Program-made: the position numbers and the translations under genes | Virus record (IMG/VR): IMGVR_UViG_3300014208_000027 | Coordinates: 139,499-203,498 of that record | Origin: a virus | Lineage: Duplodnaviria > Caudoviricetes | Direction: 5' to 3' (one strand) | Length of the DNA stretch: 64,000 bases | Part shown: positions 36,967-46,948 of the stretch, piece by piece | Layout of the letters: every line of letters begins with the position of its first letter | How positions within the stretch are numbered: the stretch's first letter is position 1 | Notes under the pieces: generated by a model | Database searches by the model: none | Seen by the model: only the letters and a program-made list of their open reading frames with translations | What the model was told of the DNA's origin: nothing

Positions 36967-38055
36967 ATGTCATTTAACTTCAAGTCTTTAATCCAAGACA
37001 GCCTTATAAATAACAAGCGAATTCTTTGGGAAAACCTTTCAGAAAGGTATTACCCTGATGAATTTAAAAATGTCTTTCCGGATAAAGAAGCTGCCTATGA
37101 TAAAATCAATAGACAAGTTAGCCAACGAGCGTTCATTCCTTTTGTTTTGAAAAATTCAGATGATTATGATGTTGATGAACTTGTAAAACTTGTTAATTAC
37201 TATTATATGCTTATTCGTAGTGGTGTAATTGATAAGTTCATACGACAAACCAAAACTCGTTTAGATGTCAAAGATATCAATAGTTGGAAAAATGTAGAGA
37301 GTCTCAAATCTTTTTTGAAATCTGTAGCTGGATTCGCTCAAGAAACAGAAAATAAAACAAAGGTAATTGGTGGAACAAACATTTACGAAGACAAAAGTTC
37401 TGTAGTTATTTTTATGCACACTTCAAATCTTTTTCTCGAAGAAGAAGATATTTCTATGAAAGAAAGTTTGTTTAGTCGTTATTTGAAACTTGGGAAAATG
37501 GTTTATGTGATAGCGGATAGATTGCAAGAAGGCTTTAAAAAAACTTTTGTTGTCGTTAATATCGATGGTTCTCGTGAAGACTCTTTGTTGGAAAGTATAG
37601 CAGTTGAGTGGAAAGATAAAAAGATTATGAATGCTATTGACACTCACCATAAACAAGGATTAAAGAACTGGATAAAACAACATGAAGAAGTAATAAATTG
37701 GAAAGGTGTTTCTTACAGCGAGATTTTACCAGAAGAATTCATTGACGTATTTCAAGATAAAGTTGATTGGACTTATGTTTCTCAAAAACAAAAACTGTCT
37801 GAATCTTTCATTGAAAAGCACGAACATCTTGTCAACTGGAAAGAAATTGCTAAGCATCAAACATTGTCGGCAGAGTTTATTTACAAGTATCAGAAGCAAC
37901 TTCCCTGGAGTTTATTATCGTTAAATCCAAACATTCCAGATTCGGTTAAAGAAAAATACAGGAAGTCTACTGCGGCTGGGAAACCTTTACATAATAGTGT
38001 TATGCAAAGTAGAGGACCGGGAAATCAGTTCATCAAGAGGGAAGAAGCTGACTGA
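36967..38055 (+). CDS. probable internal head protein with shared N-terminal tag and Trp repeats
   Basis: MSFNFKSLI..ILWE start; INW/VDW/VNW/LPW repeats; CTAATTAG at 36956. Confidence 0.6.
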   Translation: MSFNFKSLIQDSLINNKRILWENLSERYYPDEFKNVFPDKEAAYDKINRQVSQRAFIPFVLKNSDDYDVDELVKLVNYYYMLIRSGVIDKFIRQTKTRLDVKDINSWKNVESLKSFLKSVAGFAQETENKTKVIGGTNIYEDKSSVVIFMHTSNLFLEEEDISMKESLFSRYLKLGKMVYVIADRLQEGFKKTFVVVNIDGSREDSLLESIAVEWKDKKIMNAIDTHHKQGLKNWIKQHEEVINWKGVSYSEILPEEFIDVFQDKVDWTYVSQKQKLSESFIEKHEHLVNWKEIAKHQTLSAEFIYKYQKQLPWSLLSLNPNIPDSVKEKYRKSTAAGKPLHNSVMQSRGPGNQFIKREEAD

Positions 38056-38115
38056 GCAAATTAGTAAAGAAAATGAAAGTGCTAATAAATCTCACTAGCA
38101 ATAGTTAAATTTCTT
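38045..38115 (+). repeat. 71-bp imperfect direct repeat, copy 2
   Basis: Encodes relic KLTEQISKENESANKSH*. Confidence 0.9.
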
Positions 38116-38305
38116 CAAAAAGACCTTTCGTTGGATAATACTTAATAGTTTGACCTTCTTCAAAAAAATATAAAAAATATGATCCTGGAAATCGTTTATC
38201 ATCAAAATCTTTAGTGCTTTTATAAAGAACCAAGGCAATTTGCCCAGCGCCAGTATAATATGACGTTTCGTTCATCCGAACAAGCATTCCTGGTTTAAAC
38301 TTCAT
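38105..38305 (-). CDS. small SH3/KOW-like protein (FKxGDLV family)
   Basis: MKFKPGMLVRM. Confidence 0.6.
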   Translation of the reverse strand: MKFKPGMLVRMNETSYYTGAGQIALVLYKSTKDFDDKRFPGSYFLYFFEEGQTIKYYPTKGLFEEI

Positions 38306-38311
38306 CTAGCT

Positions 38312-38557
38312 CTATCCTCGGAACACACAATAAACAACAAATGCAATTAGTAGAAGGTAAATAATCACTAGTCTGAATTGGACATCCGGCATTTCTCTAG
38401 AAAACGGTATTTGACTAGAGCCTGTCTTCTCTCCCAGTATATGATCTGCGGATTTCTGACCCAGCGCGACTTCTAGTCCTCCTCTGATCTTTGTGCCAGC
38501 ACTAGTCAAACTATCGTCTTTGGTAACGCCAAATAGGTCTAGTAAATTTTGTGACAT
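38312..38557 (-). CDS. small membrane protein
   Basis: C-terminal TM LVIIYLLLIAFVVYCVF. Confidence 0.6.
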   Translation of the reverse strand: MSQNLLDLFGVTKDDSLTSAGTKIRGGLEVALGQKSADHILGEKTGSSQIPFSREMPDVQFRLVIIYLLLIAFVVYCVFRG

Positions 38558-38601
38558 GTCTTATCCCCGCGTTAGGTTGTTTTTTTCTTGCCTACACCTA
38601 T

Positions 38602-38629
38602 ACTCTAGCACGGCTCTTACAAAAGTCAA
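38602..38629 (-). promoter_or_regulatory. sigma70-type promoter (minus strand)
   Basis: TTGACT-16-TAGAGT with extended -10 TG. Confidence 0.6.
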
Positions 38630-38647
38630 GTGTTCTCTAATTACTTC

Positions 38648-41119
38648 ATGGCCGACAAGTCGTTTGATGCCACAAAACTGTTAAAATCCTACCAAGAGAT
38701 TGAAAAGCTTGCAGAATCTACCGTTACAAAGGCTGCTCGCCTCAATCAATTAAAAGAAGTTGAGCAAACTTTACTTGAAAAAGGAAAAACTGAACGCGAA
38801 GTTCAAGCAAGCCTTCTTGAAAAACAAGGTGAATTGCTAGGTAAACAAAAAGATAATCTTACTAACCAACAAGCTTTGATGAATCAGATTCTTGAGAAGC
38901 ACCAAGAAATTGTTAAAAATGGCGGTGAGCTTAACGATCTTCAGTTAATATACAACGAGCGCGCTCAAAAGAATTTAAACATTACTAATGACAGGTTAGA
39001 AGTTCTCAAGAAACAAACAACTGAGTTGAACAAACAAACAACTGCTTTTGAACGATTTTCTAAGCTTGAAAAAGACGCAGATAGAATCATGTCTACTCTT
39101 TTTAAGTTTAAAGGTGCTGAGTGGGAAACAACTGCGCTAGGTTCTTTATTTAAGTCACTGTCAAAAGACGGTCTGATGGCTAGTTTCAAGTCTATTGGTT
39201 CTAGCATTATGACAACTATAAACCCTCTTAATTTACTTGGCAACGCTCTTGTCGATACCATCGATATGTTCAAGTCGTTTGAGGAGGCTCGTGCTAGTCT
39301 TGTTAAAGATACAGGTGTTGCTGCTTATGGTGATACGCTAAAAACCGTAGGGCAACAAAATATAACTCTTGGTATTAAATCTGAAGGTGCTTCTCAAGCA
39401 TTAAAAGATCTACATAAAGAGTTTACTGATTTTACTACCCTTGGAGCGCCTGCTCAACTTCAGCTAACAACTTTTGCTGCTAGTATGGAAAAGTTAGGTG
39501 TTAGTACAAGTGTCACAAGTGCTAACATTCAAATAGCTAATAAAGTTATGGGCATGAATGCTTCTCAGGCTATGAAGAGTCAGAAAGAAATTTTATCTTT
39601 AGCTAATCAACTTAAAGTAGCACCTCAAAAGATGGCAGCAGATTTTCAAGCCGCTATGCCCAAACTAGCTGCATGGGGTAATCTAGCTATTGATAAATTT
39701 AAAGAGTTGTCAGTTGTGGCTAAGCGTACTGGTATGGATATTAACGAGTTAATAGATTGGTCTGCACAGTTTGACACATTTGAAGGTGCTGCTGATGCAG
39801 TAGGTAAATTAAATGTCATCCTAGGTGGACCTTTACTTGATTCTATGCAAATGGTTTATATGGACGAGAAGGAACGAGCACAAGCCATTAAAAAAGCTGT
39901 TGAAAGCTCTGGTCAAGCCTTTGGAACAATGTCGAAACAAATGCAACAAGCTGTTACGAAAGCCGCTGGTATGAAAGATGTAGCCACAATGGCGAAATTT
40001 ATGTCTTCAAGTTTTGAAGGCGTTGAAGCGGCAGCTAAAGCGGAAGCAGCTAGTCAAGAAAAAATGAATAAAATGATTGAAGAGGCTAGACCTTTGATGG
40101 ATAAGTTGATGGACTTTGCTAGGTCTATTACTGCTCTTGTTATGCCGGCAATAGACGCATTAGCTTGGGCTGTTGATAAACTTCATAAAGGCTTTGTGTT
40201 TTTATCTGAATATCTAGGACAAAATGGAGCAGCGGCGTTTATATTGATTATAGGAGTTGTTTCAAGATTTGTGGGCATTCTTAACATTATACCGTGGTTA
40301 TTTAATAAAATTGGTATTTCTGCTGGTTTAGCAGCAATGAAGAATTTTTTCTTTGCTGAATCATCTGCAACCGCTGCCGCTGCTCAAGGTCCATTAGCCG
40401 CCGCTACCACTACAACCGGCGCAGCCATGACTTCAGCATCTCCTGGGGTATTAGCTTTTGGTGCTGGTATAGGTTTAGCTTCTGCTGGTATTGGTTTGTT
40501 ATTTTGGGGATTGTCAAAAGTTATTGATTCACTTTCTAGTTTTGCAAAAGAGTCTAAGATGTCTGCTTCTAATGTTCTGGGTTTAGCAGGTGCTTTAGGA
40601 TTATTTAGTTTAAGTGGTGCCGCAGCATCTATAAGTTTAGTTTTGTTAGCTGTTGGATTTGGTGCTTTAGCCTTATCCTTAGCTCTTATTAAAACAGATG
40701 ATTTGAAAGCTGTTGCTTTAATGTTTGCTAGTATTTCCATGATTACAACAGATACGATAGAAAATATAAATTCTGTGTCTAGTGCCATTAAAAATATGGC
40801 TAAGGCTATGGATGACTTACCTACTGATAAAACTATTAAATTTACTCAACTGTTAGATACCACTAGCAATATGACGGCAGAAAAAGTTGGTAATGTTAAA
40901 AAGTTAGTAGAAGCTACTGAGAAATATAAAAATGTTACTAACTCTACAAATACAAACGAAACGAACACTAAAACCACTAATTCAAATGTGAATACTCAAA
41001 GTTCAACAGGCACAAATAATAATAACACTAGACCGATTATCTTACAACTTGACGGAAGAGTTTTGAAAAAGTTTGTAATGGATATAGTCAATGATGAGAT
41101 GAACCCAAGGAAAATCTAA
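38648..41119 (+). CDS. tape measure protein
   Basis: Ala-rich and helical; FDTFEGAADAVGKLN; hydrophobic segments; follows the chaperone. ATG at 38648 after CTAATTAC. Confidence 0.85.
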   Translation: MADKSFDATKLLKSYQEIEKLAESTVTKAARLNQLKEVEQTLLEKGKTEREVQASLLEKQGELLGKQKDNLTNQQALMNQILEKHQEIVKNGGELNDLQLIYNERAQKNLNITNDRLEVLKKQTTELNKQTTAFERFSKLEKDADRIMSTLFKFKGAEWETTALGSLFKSLSKDGLMASFKSIGSSIMTTINPLNLLGNALVDTIDMFKSFEEARASLVKDTGVAAYGDTLKTVGQQNITLGIKSEGASQALKDLHKEFTDFTTLGAPAQLQLTTFAASMEKLGVSTSVTSANIQIANKVMGMNASQAMKSQKEILSLANQLKVAPQKMAADFQAAMPKLAAWGNLAIDKFKELSVVAKRTGMDINELIDWSAQFDTFEGAADAVGKLNVILGGPLLDSMQMVYMDEKERAQAIKKAVESSGQAFGTMSKQMQQAVTKAAGMKDVATMAKFMSSSFEGVEAAAKAEAASQEKMNKMIEEARPLMDKLMDFARSITALVMPAIDALAWAVDKLHKGFVFLSEYLGQNGAAAFILIIGVVSRFVGILNIIPWLFNKIGISAGLAAMKNFFFAESSATAAAAQGPLAAATTTTGAAMTSASPGVLAFGAGIGLASAGIGLLFWGLSKVIDSLSSFAKESKMSASNVLGLAGALGLFSLSGAAASISLVLLAVGFGALALSLALIKTDDLKAVALMFASISMITTDTIENINSVSSAIKNMAKAMDDLPTDKTIKFTQLLDTTSNMTAEKVGNVKKLVEATEKYKNVTNSTNTNETNTKTTNSNVNTQSSTGTNNNNTRPIILQLDGRVLKKFVMDIVNDEMNPRKI

Positions 41120-41121
41120 TA

Positions 41122-41580
41122 ATGTCTTTTAATTTTAAACAGTTACTACGAGAAGGCATTGATGAAATCAGAAAATCTAAACAGTCTGATCTAGATGAAC
41201 CAGAATCTTATTTTTCTGTTAAAAGTTTAGACGCTGCAAAAGAAAAAAATGAACCTCAAGGGCATACGTTATTTAAAGCGTCACAAGAAAAAGGGCTGCC
41301 ACCAGAGTCATCTTCTACTGCTCATTATATTCCATTTGTAACAAAATATATGCGCTCTTATCCTCGTGAAGAATTGATTAGTATTTGTAAAAAGTATGAT
41401 AGGGCTATGAGGACTAATCGTAAGTTTGAAAAGTTTCTTGCTATTCATTCACCAGGCAAACTTAGAATGGTTGATTTCACACCCGAAGAATTAAATAAAG
41501 TGTTAGACACCTTCCTTTCTAAACCAGGTGAAGCATCTAAAGAACTTGGTGATATTATCCAAAATCTCAAATTTCGATAG
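41122..41580 (+). CDS. probable internal head protein with shared N-terminal tag
   Basis: MSFNFKQLLRE start. Confidence 0.55.
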   Translation: MSFNFKQLLREGIDEIRKSKQSDLDEPESYFSVKSLDAAKEKNEPQGHTLFKASQEKGLPPESSSTAHYIPFVTKYMRSYPREELISICKKYDRAMRTNRKFEKFLAIHSPGKLRMVDFTPEELNKVLDTFLSKPGEASKELGDIIQNLKFR

Positions 41581-41600
41581 TTTTCACTCAGCTCCTAAGA

Positions 41601-41849
41601 TTAAACTTCTTTGCTAGAATAATTTAATACTTTGATTGCTTCTTCAAATTCATCTAGTTTTTTAGATGCAAGTGAAAGCATACAGGAGAATACTGGCATA
41701 TCTAAACAAACCTCTACAAAAGAAATATTTTTTGTAGCTTTATATAATAGTTTGTGTTGTGACGTGCTATCATCTAGATAACTTACTTGTAAAATCAACT
41801 GTCCTCCTTCTTCATTGTCCGCTAGAAGCATGTTACATGTTTTGTGCAT
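41601..41849 (-). CDS. hypothetical early protein
   Basis: ATG at 41849 behind AAGGA; the track's TTG start at 41915 is the -35 box. Confidence 0.6.
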   Translation of the reverse strand: MHKTCNMLLADNEEGGQLILQVSYLDDSTSQHKLLYKATKNISFVEVCLDMPVFSCMLSLASKKLDEFEEAIKVLNYSSKEV

Positions 41850-41886
41850 TTTTTCTATCCTTTGTTGTTTGTTAGACTTCTCTTGA

Positions 41887-41915
41887 ACTATAGCAGGTTG
41901 TTTGAACTTTGTCAA
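41887..41915 (-). promoter_or_regulatory. strong sigma70-type promoter (minus strand)
   Basis: TTGACA-17-TATAGT with TG extension. Confidence 0.85.
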
Positions 41916-41956
41916 GGCGCAAAATTTAATTTCCTTCTCTTTCTAATTACAATATC

Positions 41957-42775
41957 ATGGCTTCCTATGTCTTAGGTGACAACGAAAAAAAAGATGGCAT
42001 AGTTGATGCTACTTTAGTATTTACAAACCGTGAATACTTTATAGAGATTTATCACATCCCTTCAGGTCAAACTGTTCAATTTAAAGCATTCTTAACTAAC
42101 TTTAGCGATAAATATAATTCTTCTTGGGACGATCAATCTGCCTATGGACGCATGGATCCTTTAAGCGCATTTAAAAATACTACACGAACTATTTCTTTAG
42201 CTTATGATGTCGTAGCTAATAGCGAAGGTGAAGCTATTGATAACATGAGAAGGGTTTCTTTATTAGCTGCTATGCTTTATCCATCTTATGATAACGACCC
42301 TCAAGGAAGTGCAACAAGTATTAATTCTGCGCCTCTACTCAAACTTAGTTTTGCTAACTGGATCAAAAATAGCAATACTATTTCTAAAAGTTCAATATCT
42401 CAAGCAAGTGGCTTGGTGGGAAAAATAAATGGTGGGCTAGCTATAACACCTAATATACCAGCAGGTATGTTTGATTCCGAAACAGGTGTCTTATATCCTA
42501 AAGAATACAAAATTTCTTTTAACTATACAGTTTTTCATACGCATAGATTAGGTTGGAATAGAGAAAGTAAAGAATTTTTCGCTAAGAACTTTCCTTATGG
42601 TGTGTCACATTTATCTAGTAATCCACCTAACAAAGTTAAAGAAGATTCTAAGAGTAACAAAACAACTCAACAAAAACAAGCGGCAGTAAATAAAATAACT
42701 AATCGAAATGTCGTGAATGGTCAAAGTACACCAGACTTTTTTCCAGCTAGTTTACCTCAAAGTAGGGCGAAATAA
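41957..42775 (+). CDS. tail tube initiator / baseplate protein (gp48/54-like)
   Basis: FKAFLTNFSD.Y...W....YGRMDP...F..T.RTISL; CTAATTAC at 41943. Confidence 0.75.
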   Translation: MASYVLGDNEKKDGIVDATLVFTNREYFIEIYHIPSGQTVQFKAFLTNFSDKYNSSWDDQSAYGRMDPLSAFKNTTRTISLAYDVVANSEGEAIDNMRRVSLLAAMLYPSYDNDPQGSATSINSAPLLKLSFANWIKNSNTISKSSISQASGLVGKINGGLAITPNIPAGMFDSETGVLYPKEYKISFNYTVFHTHRLGWNRESKEFFAKNFPYGVSHLSSNPPNKVKEDSKSNKTTQQKQAAVNKITNRNVVNGQSTPDFFPASLPQSRAK

Positions 42776-42777
42776 TA

Positions 42778-43113
42778 ATGGCTTCACGATTAGATGGCAA
42801 AAACATAGCTGTTAATGCTGATCCAATGTATGCTAATGTTTTTAAATCTCGTGGAGTCAATTATATTCGTCAATATACCACACAAAGATTAACTTATCCT
42901 ACGCCAGAAGAGTTAGCAGATATTCAAGACATTGGTGTTGTGTGGGGTGTTGGGGATCATCTTTGGAAGTTATCACAAAAGTATTATGGACTTCCAGAGT
43001 ATTGGTATATCATAGCGTTCTATAACCAGACTCATGAATTTAATATCAAGCCTGGACAAACAATTTATATTCCTACTCCGTTGAGTAGAATTCTCAGCAT
43101 CATAGAAGTTTAA
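42778..43113 (+). CDS. LysM-domain baseplate wedge protein (gp53/tail X-like)
   Basis: GDHLWKLSQKYYG...WYIIA.YN...IKPGQTIYIP. Confidence 0.85.
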   Translation: MASRLDGKNIAVNADPMYANVFKSRGVNYIRQYTTQRLTYPTPEELADIQDIGVVWGVGDHLWKLSQKYYGLPEYWYIIAFYNQTHEFNIKPGQTIYIPTPLSRILSIIEV

Positions 43114-43114
43114 A

Positions 43115-45772
43115 ATGGCAGAAGTTAATGGCATTATTGATATAGCTGGTAACCAGGTAGCCTCTACTAGTGCTCCTTTAATAAATCTTGCCGGTAGAAA
43201 AACAGCAGAGCAAATCTCAGAAGAAAAAAAGAGTTCTGACATTGACACTAAAGAAGGTTTAAATGTTCAATGCTTTTTAGTTGACAATCTTCTTCAAATT
43301 GCTCAAAGTAAAGCTAAACAGGCTATCAATTCCGGTCTACCTGAATATGATTCTTTTGTTATGCTTGAAGCTCATGGTGGTGGTCCTGGTGATGTAACTC
43401 AAGAGATCTTATCCCGTAAAGGTCTTAAAGAACTTTTTAATCTTTCCTCTGCTCAGAAAGCATTACTTGTTCCTAAGATTGAAATATATAAGATTACCTA
43501 TAACAACACTGAAGGTGTTAACGGTACTGACGTTAAATTAGTTTTTGCTGATAGTATGCGCAATTCTGAAATTGAAAGTTTGATAAGCGGTAAAAAAGGT
43601 AGGGGCGATGATGTAGGATTAAAGAGTTTCTCTTATGCTTTTGATGCTACTCAACCAGCAGAAAGTGGTATTATTAAAACCACCTTGACTTTATTATTTC
43701 AAAATGCTTCAGGATTCACAGAGTCTAGACCTAATGGCATAACTTTTAGCGATCTTATATGGGATAAAAACTCAGTCTCTAAGACAGGAATAGTTTTTAA
43801 TCCTTTAGCTTTCAGAATGAAAATTGTATCAGGTTGGGCAGTCCCGTCAGATCCGGGTGGTGTATTATTTTCTAAAGACTTATTGAAAGCTATTGAGAAT
43901 ACTAAGACTATTTTATTTGTTACCCATGTAAAACATGACTTAGAATTTAATGAAGATGGTACGCTTCGAGTCACTATAGAATTTTGTGGTGCCATTGATA
44001 TTGCGCTAGGCGATACAATAAAATCTAACTTATTCCAAACTAATAGTTATCTACAGAAGAGGCTTGATAAAGAACGCCTTAAAGAAAAAGAAAAACAAGA
44101 GGCTATTACGAAGCAGTCACAGGCTTCAGGACAAGCCGCAGTTGATAGTGCCATCGCAGGCTCAAAGGTAGATGAGAAAGGCTCTATTGCTATCCTAGAG
44201 GCTATAGATAAGCAAGAGAAGTACTCTCGCATTATCAAAGAACTGTACGACTCAAGCAGTATGTATTATATTGATATTGATGCTAGCATGCTACAAGTTC
44301 TTGATGATGAAAAGAAAAACTATACTGCTGAGAAAATTAAAGAGAAAAGAGGTACAGATAAAGTAGATGACAAAGAAATAGAAAATGTAGCTATTCAAGA
44401 AAGAATGAATGGTCGGAGAGTTTCTTCTAAGTTAGAAATTAATAGAGTAGATTCTGATGAAGGCAAAAAGAGACTAGAGAAGAAAAAAGAAATCTTGAAA
44501 GCTGGTATGAAAGAAGCTTTAGATGTGAGTAGACAATATGGATTAAAGTTCACAACAAGTCTAAGCACGGAAAAAGATTTTTGGGACGAAACTGTTACTA
44601 CTAAAAAAAATACCGAGGAAGAGAAAAACAAAATCATTGCTACGGCTATTAAATCTGCTAGTACTTCTGAACTTTTAACGTCTGGTAAAGTTAGAGCATA
44701 CTTTTTTTACCTTGGCGATCTTCTCGATAGTATCTTTAGAAAATTTGTTTATAAGCGTGCTGATCTTGACAATATGAGAATTATGTTAGGTACGCTTGTT
44801 TATACTGATCCTAGGACTAAAAAGCAAGAAGAAGTTAATATAGCCGATATTCCTATATCTTTAGAACGATTTATTACATGGTACACTAAAAAAGTTATCT
44901 CTACTCAACCAGTTACATATTTAGTTAGACAATTTATTAGAGATGTGTTAGAACAAATTGTTATTGGTGCTTTAGGTGAGTACTGTTTTGGCAACCTTAG
45001 TCAGAATCTTCCTAACATTGTATTCAATATTTTTTCTGTTCCTGCTACAAGTGGTGAACCATTAGCACATCTTAAGAACGGTAAACGATATTCGTTTAAA
45101 GGTGGTTTATCTAAGCCAGGTGACGATTCTATAAAGAAAAGTGACGCTTCAGATTCTACAAAGGTACAACATTTTCTTTATATTTATGCTAACAATTATA
45201 ACATTACAAACGCTAACGGTGATTTAAATGAGGATGCTTCTAGAGGCGTGTATCACTTAGCTCCAGGATTAGATAGAGGTCTGGTTAAGAATGTTAAATT
45301 TGTTAAGAATGCTGTACAGTTTATGGCTGAAGCACAATTAACTTCAGAAAATAAAAAGACTAGATTGTCTCCTAATGTTTATAATGCTACTGTTCGCATG
45401 CTTGGGAATAATTTGTTTATGAATGGAAACTATATTTATATTGATACTGCTCGTATGAATCTTGGCTCTCCATTTAAAAAAGAGTTTGGCAAATTACAAC
45501 CAAATATGTTATCCTTTGAATATCACTTAGGCGGTTATTATATGGTAACAAAAGTTTCTTTTGACTTTACTGAATCAGATTACGAAACAGTTTTAACTGC
45601 TAGATGGGTAGGCGCTTTGCCAGAAGAGAATGATTTATTTAACATGGCTAATAATGGATTAGGTACGGTTAAATTTGCATCTCAACAGTCTGTTATGAAG
45701 GATAAAAGTTTATTCTACGGTGACGAACTCCCCAACTTGAAAGATTTTAAAGGTCAATCAAAGGCGAAATAA
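43115..45772 (+). CDS. baseplate hub protein (gp27/gpD-like)
   Basis: C-terminal YNATVRMLGN.LF..GNYIYID and GGYYMVTKV; synteny. Confidence 0.7.
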   Translation: MAEVNGIIDIAGNQVASTSAPLINLAGRKTAEQISEEKKSSDIDTKEGLNVQCFLVDNLLQIAQSKAKQAINSGLPEYDSFVMLEAHGGGPGDVTQEILSRKGLKELFNLSSAQKALLVPKIEIYKITYNNTEGVNGTDVKLVFADSMRNSEIESLISGKKGRGDDVGLKSFSYAFDATQPAESGIIKTTLTLLFQNASGFTESRPNGITFSDLIWDKNSVSKTGIVFNPLAFRMKIVSGWAVPSDPGGVLFSKDLLKAIENTKTILFVTHVKHDLEFNEDGTLRVTIEFCGAIDIALGDTIKSNLFQTNSYLQKRLDKERLKEKEKQEAITKQSQASGQAAVDSAIAGSKVDEKGSIAILEAIDKQEKYSRIIKELYDSSSMYYIDIDASMLQVLDDEKKNYTAEKIKEKRGTDKVDDKEIENVAIQERMNGRRVSSKLEINRVDSDEGKKRLEKKKEILKAGMKEALDVSRQYGLKFTTSLSTEKDFWDETVTTKKNTEEEKNKIIATAIKSASTSELLTSGKVRAYFFYLGDLLDSIFRKFVYKRADLDNMRIMLGTLVYTDPRTKKQEEVNIADIPISLERFITWYTKKVISTQPVTYLVRQFIRDVLEQIVIGALGEYCFGNLSQNLPNIVFNIFSVPATSGEPLAHLKNGKRYSFKGGLSKPGDDSIKKSDASDSTKVQHFLYIYANNYNITNANGDLNEDASRGVYHLAPGLDRGLVKNVKFVKNAVQFMAEAQLTSENKKTRLSPNVYNATVRMLGNNLFMNGNYIYIDTARMNLGSPFKKEFGKLQPNMLSFEYHLGGYYMVTKVSFDFTESDYETVLTARWVGALPEENDLFNMANNGLGTVKFASQQSVMKDKSLFYGDELPNLKDFKGQSKAK

Positions 45773-46911
45773 TGTCTCTTAAAAATCTCTACCTTGCCAA
45801 CAATGCCATGAGTGCCTTGGAAATGTATGAGTATCGTAAGTTGTATCACGATTCTGTTATGGCGCTAGGTAATGAAAAAAAACTTGATCTATGGTATGAT
45901 GCACCTCACTATGGGAAGGTTAATCTTCGAGGGCAACCTATTTTTCTTTCTGAATCAAACTTAAAACAACTTGACTCCGAAGGTAGCGATACTCTAATGG
46001 CTTTAGATTTTGTTGCAGATGCTTTTGATGATCTCCAGCATTATTTTCAGAAGGCTTTGTCAACGAATAGAATTAAGTCTACAGGTATTCTTTCTAACAT
46101 TAAAGCTAAGTCAGCTTGGGTAAATGTTTCTAAACTTCACCATATTCATATGGATAGTCTTTATAAATCTTATACATTTTCATATCTTAGAGATATTGGT
46201 GAAAACAAAGTAAAAACCTTTGATGATTTCTTGGTAAATTTTCTAAACTTCATAGAGTTTTCATCAGCAATTCTACCTGTTACAAGAACTTCTTTTATTC
46301 GCTCTAGTTTTTGCACTCCAATGATCACTGGTTTAATGATTGAAATTTCTGATGAGGATAGAAGTGATGATTATTTAAAGCAAACTCATGTTCTTGAAGA
46401 TGAAAATTATTTATTCTACGTGAACGCCTTGAAGCGGTTTGGTTTCTTTATTGACAAGAATGTTCCTTCTAGGCTTGTAGCAGATGTTATGTCTAAGAGC
46501 ATGATCAAGTATATGCAAACCTATGGAATGACAAGTGAGAAACTATTTTCTTCCTACTTCTACAGGTCACTAGATTATGATATTGAAATTTTGATGAATT
46601 ACTTAGTACAGATGTGGAATAGCTATGCTACGATGAACTCTCTAGTAAAAGAAATAAAAGAAGATTGTACCGGTAGAAAGCTGTTGTCAAAAATCTCACA
46701 TCGTGAAAAAGTAGACTTACAATCGCTTCATGAACAGTATGACTTCTCATTCTGGGTAGGTTATTATTTTCAACTGAGGCTAAAGGAAGAAAATATATTT
46801 TTAGATCGCGACGACCTGGAAAGAAAGTTGGAAACTCTTAAAAGAATTGTAGAAAAAACAGATGGAAAGATTGTTTACCAATTCATAGAGAATGAAATAA
46901 ACAACATCTAG
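45772..46911 (+). CDS. conserved hypothetical protein (baseplate region)
   Basis: 379-aa ORF coupled to the hub gene. Confidence 0.65.
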   Translation: MSLKNLYLANNAMSALEMYEYRKLYHDSVMALGNEKKLDLWYDAPHYGKVNLRGQPIFLSESNLKQLDSEGSDTLMALDFVADAFDDLQHYFQKALSTNRIKSTGILSNIKAKSAWVNVSKLHHIHMDSLYKSYTFSYLRDIGENKVKTFDDFLVNFLNFIEFSSAILPVTRTSFIRSSFCTPMITGLMIEISDEDRSDDYLKQTHVLEDENYLFYVNALKRFGFFIDKNVPSRLVADVMSKSMIKYMQTYGMTSEKLFSSYFYRSLDYDIEILMNYLVQMWNSYATMNSLVKEIKEDCTGRKLLSKISHREKVDLQSLHEQYDFSFWVGYYFQLRLKEENIFLDRDDLERKLETLKRIVEKTDGKIVYQFIENEINNI

Positions 46912-46914
46912 TAC

Positions 46915-46942
46915 TTGACATCCCTGTAAAATCTGCTAAAAT
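46915..46942 (+). promoter_or_regulatory. sigma70-type promoter
   Basis: TTGACA-16-TAAAAT with TG extension. Confidence 0.8.
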
Positions 46943-46948
46943 TTTAAT

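Noticed and set aside
41850-41915. TTG start of the minus-strand ORF at 41915 (similarly the GTG start at 61613)
   Set aside because: These coincide with sigma70 promoter boxes; SD-led ATGs lie downstream at 41849 and 61646.
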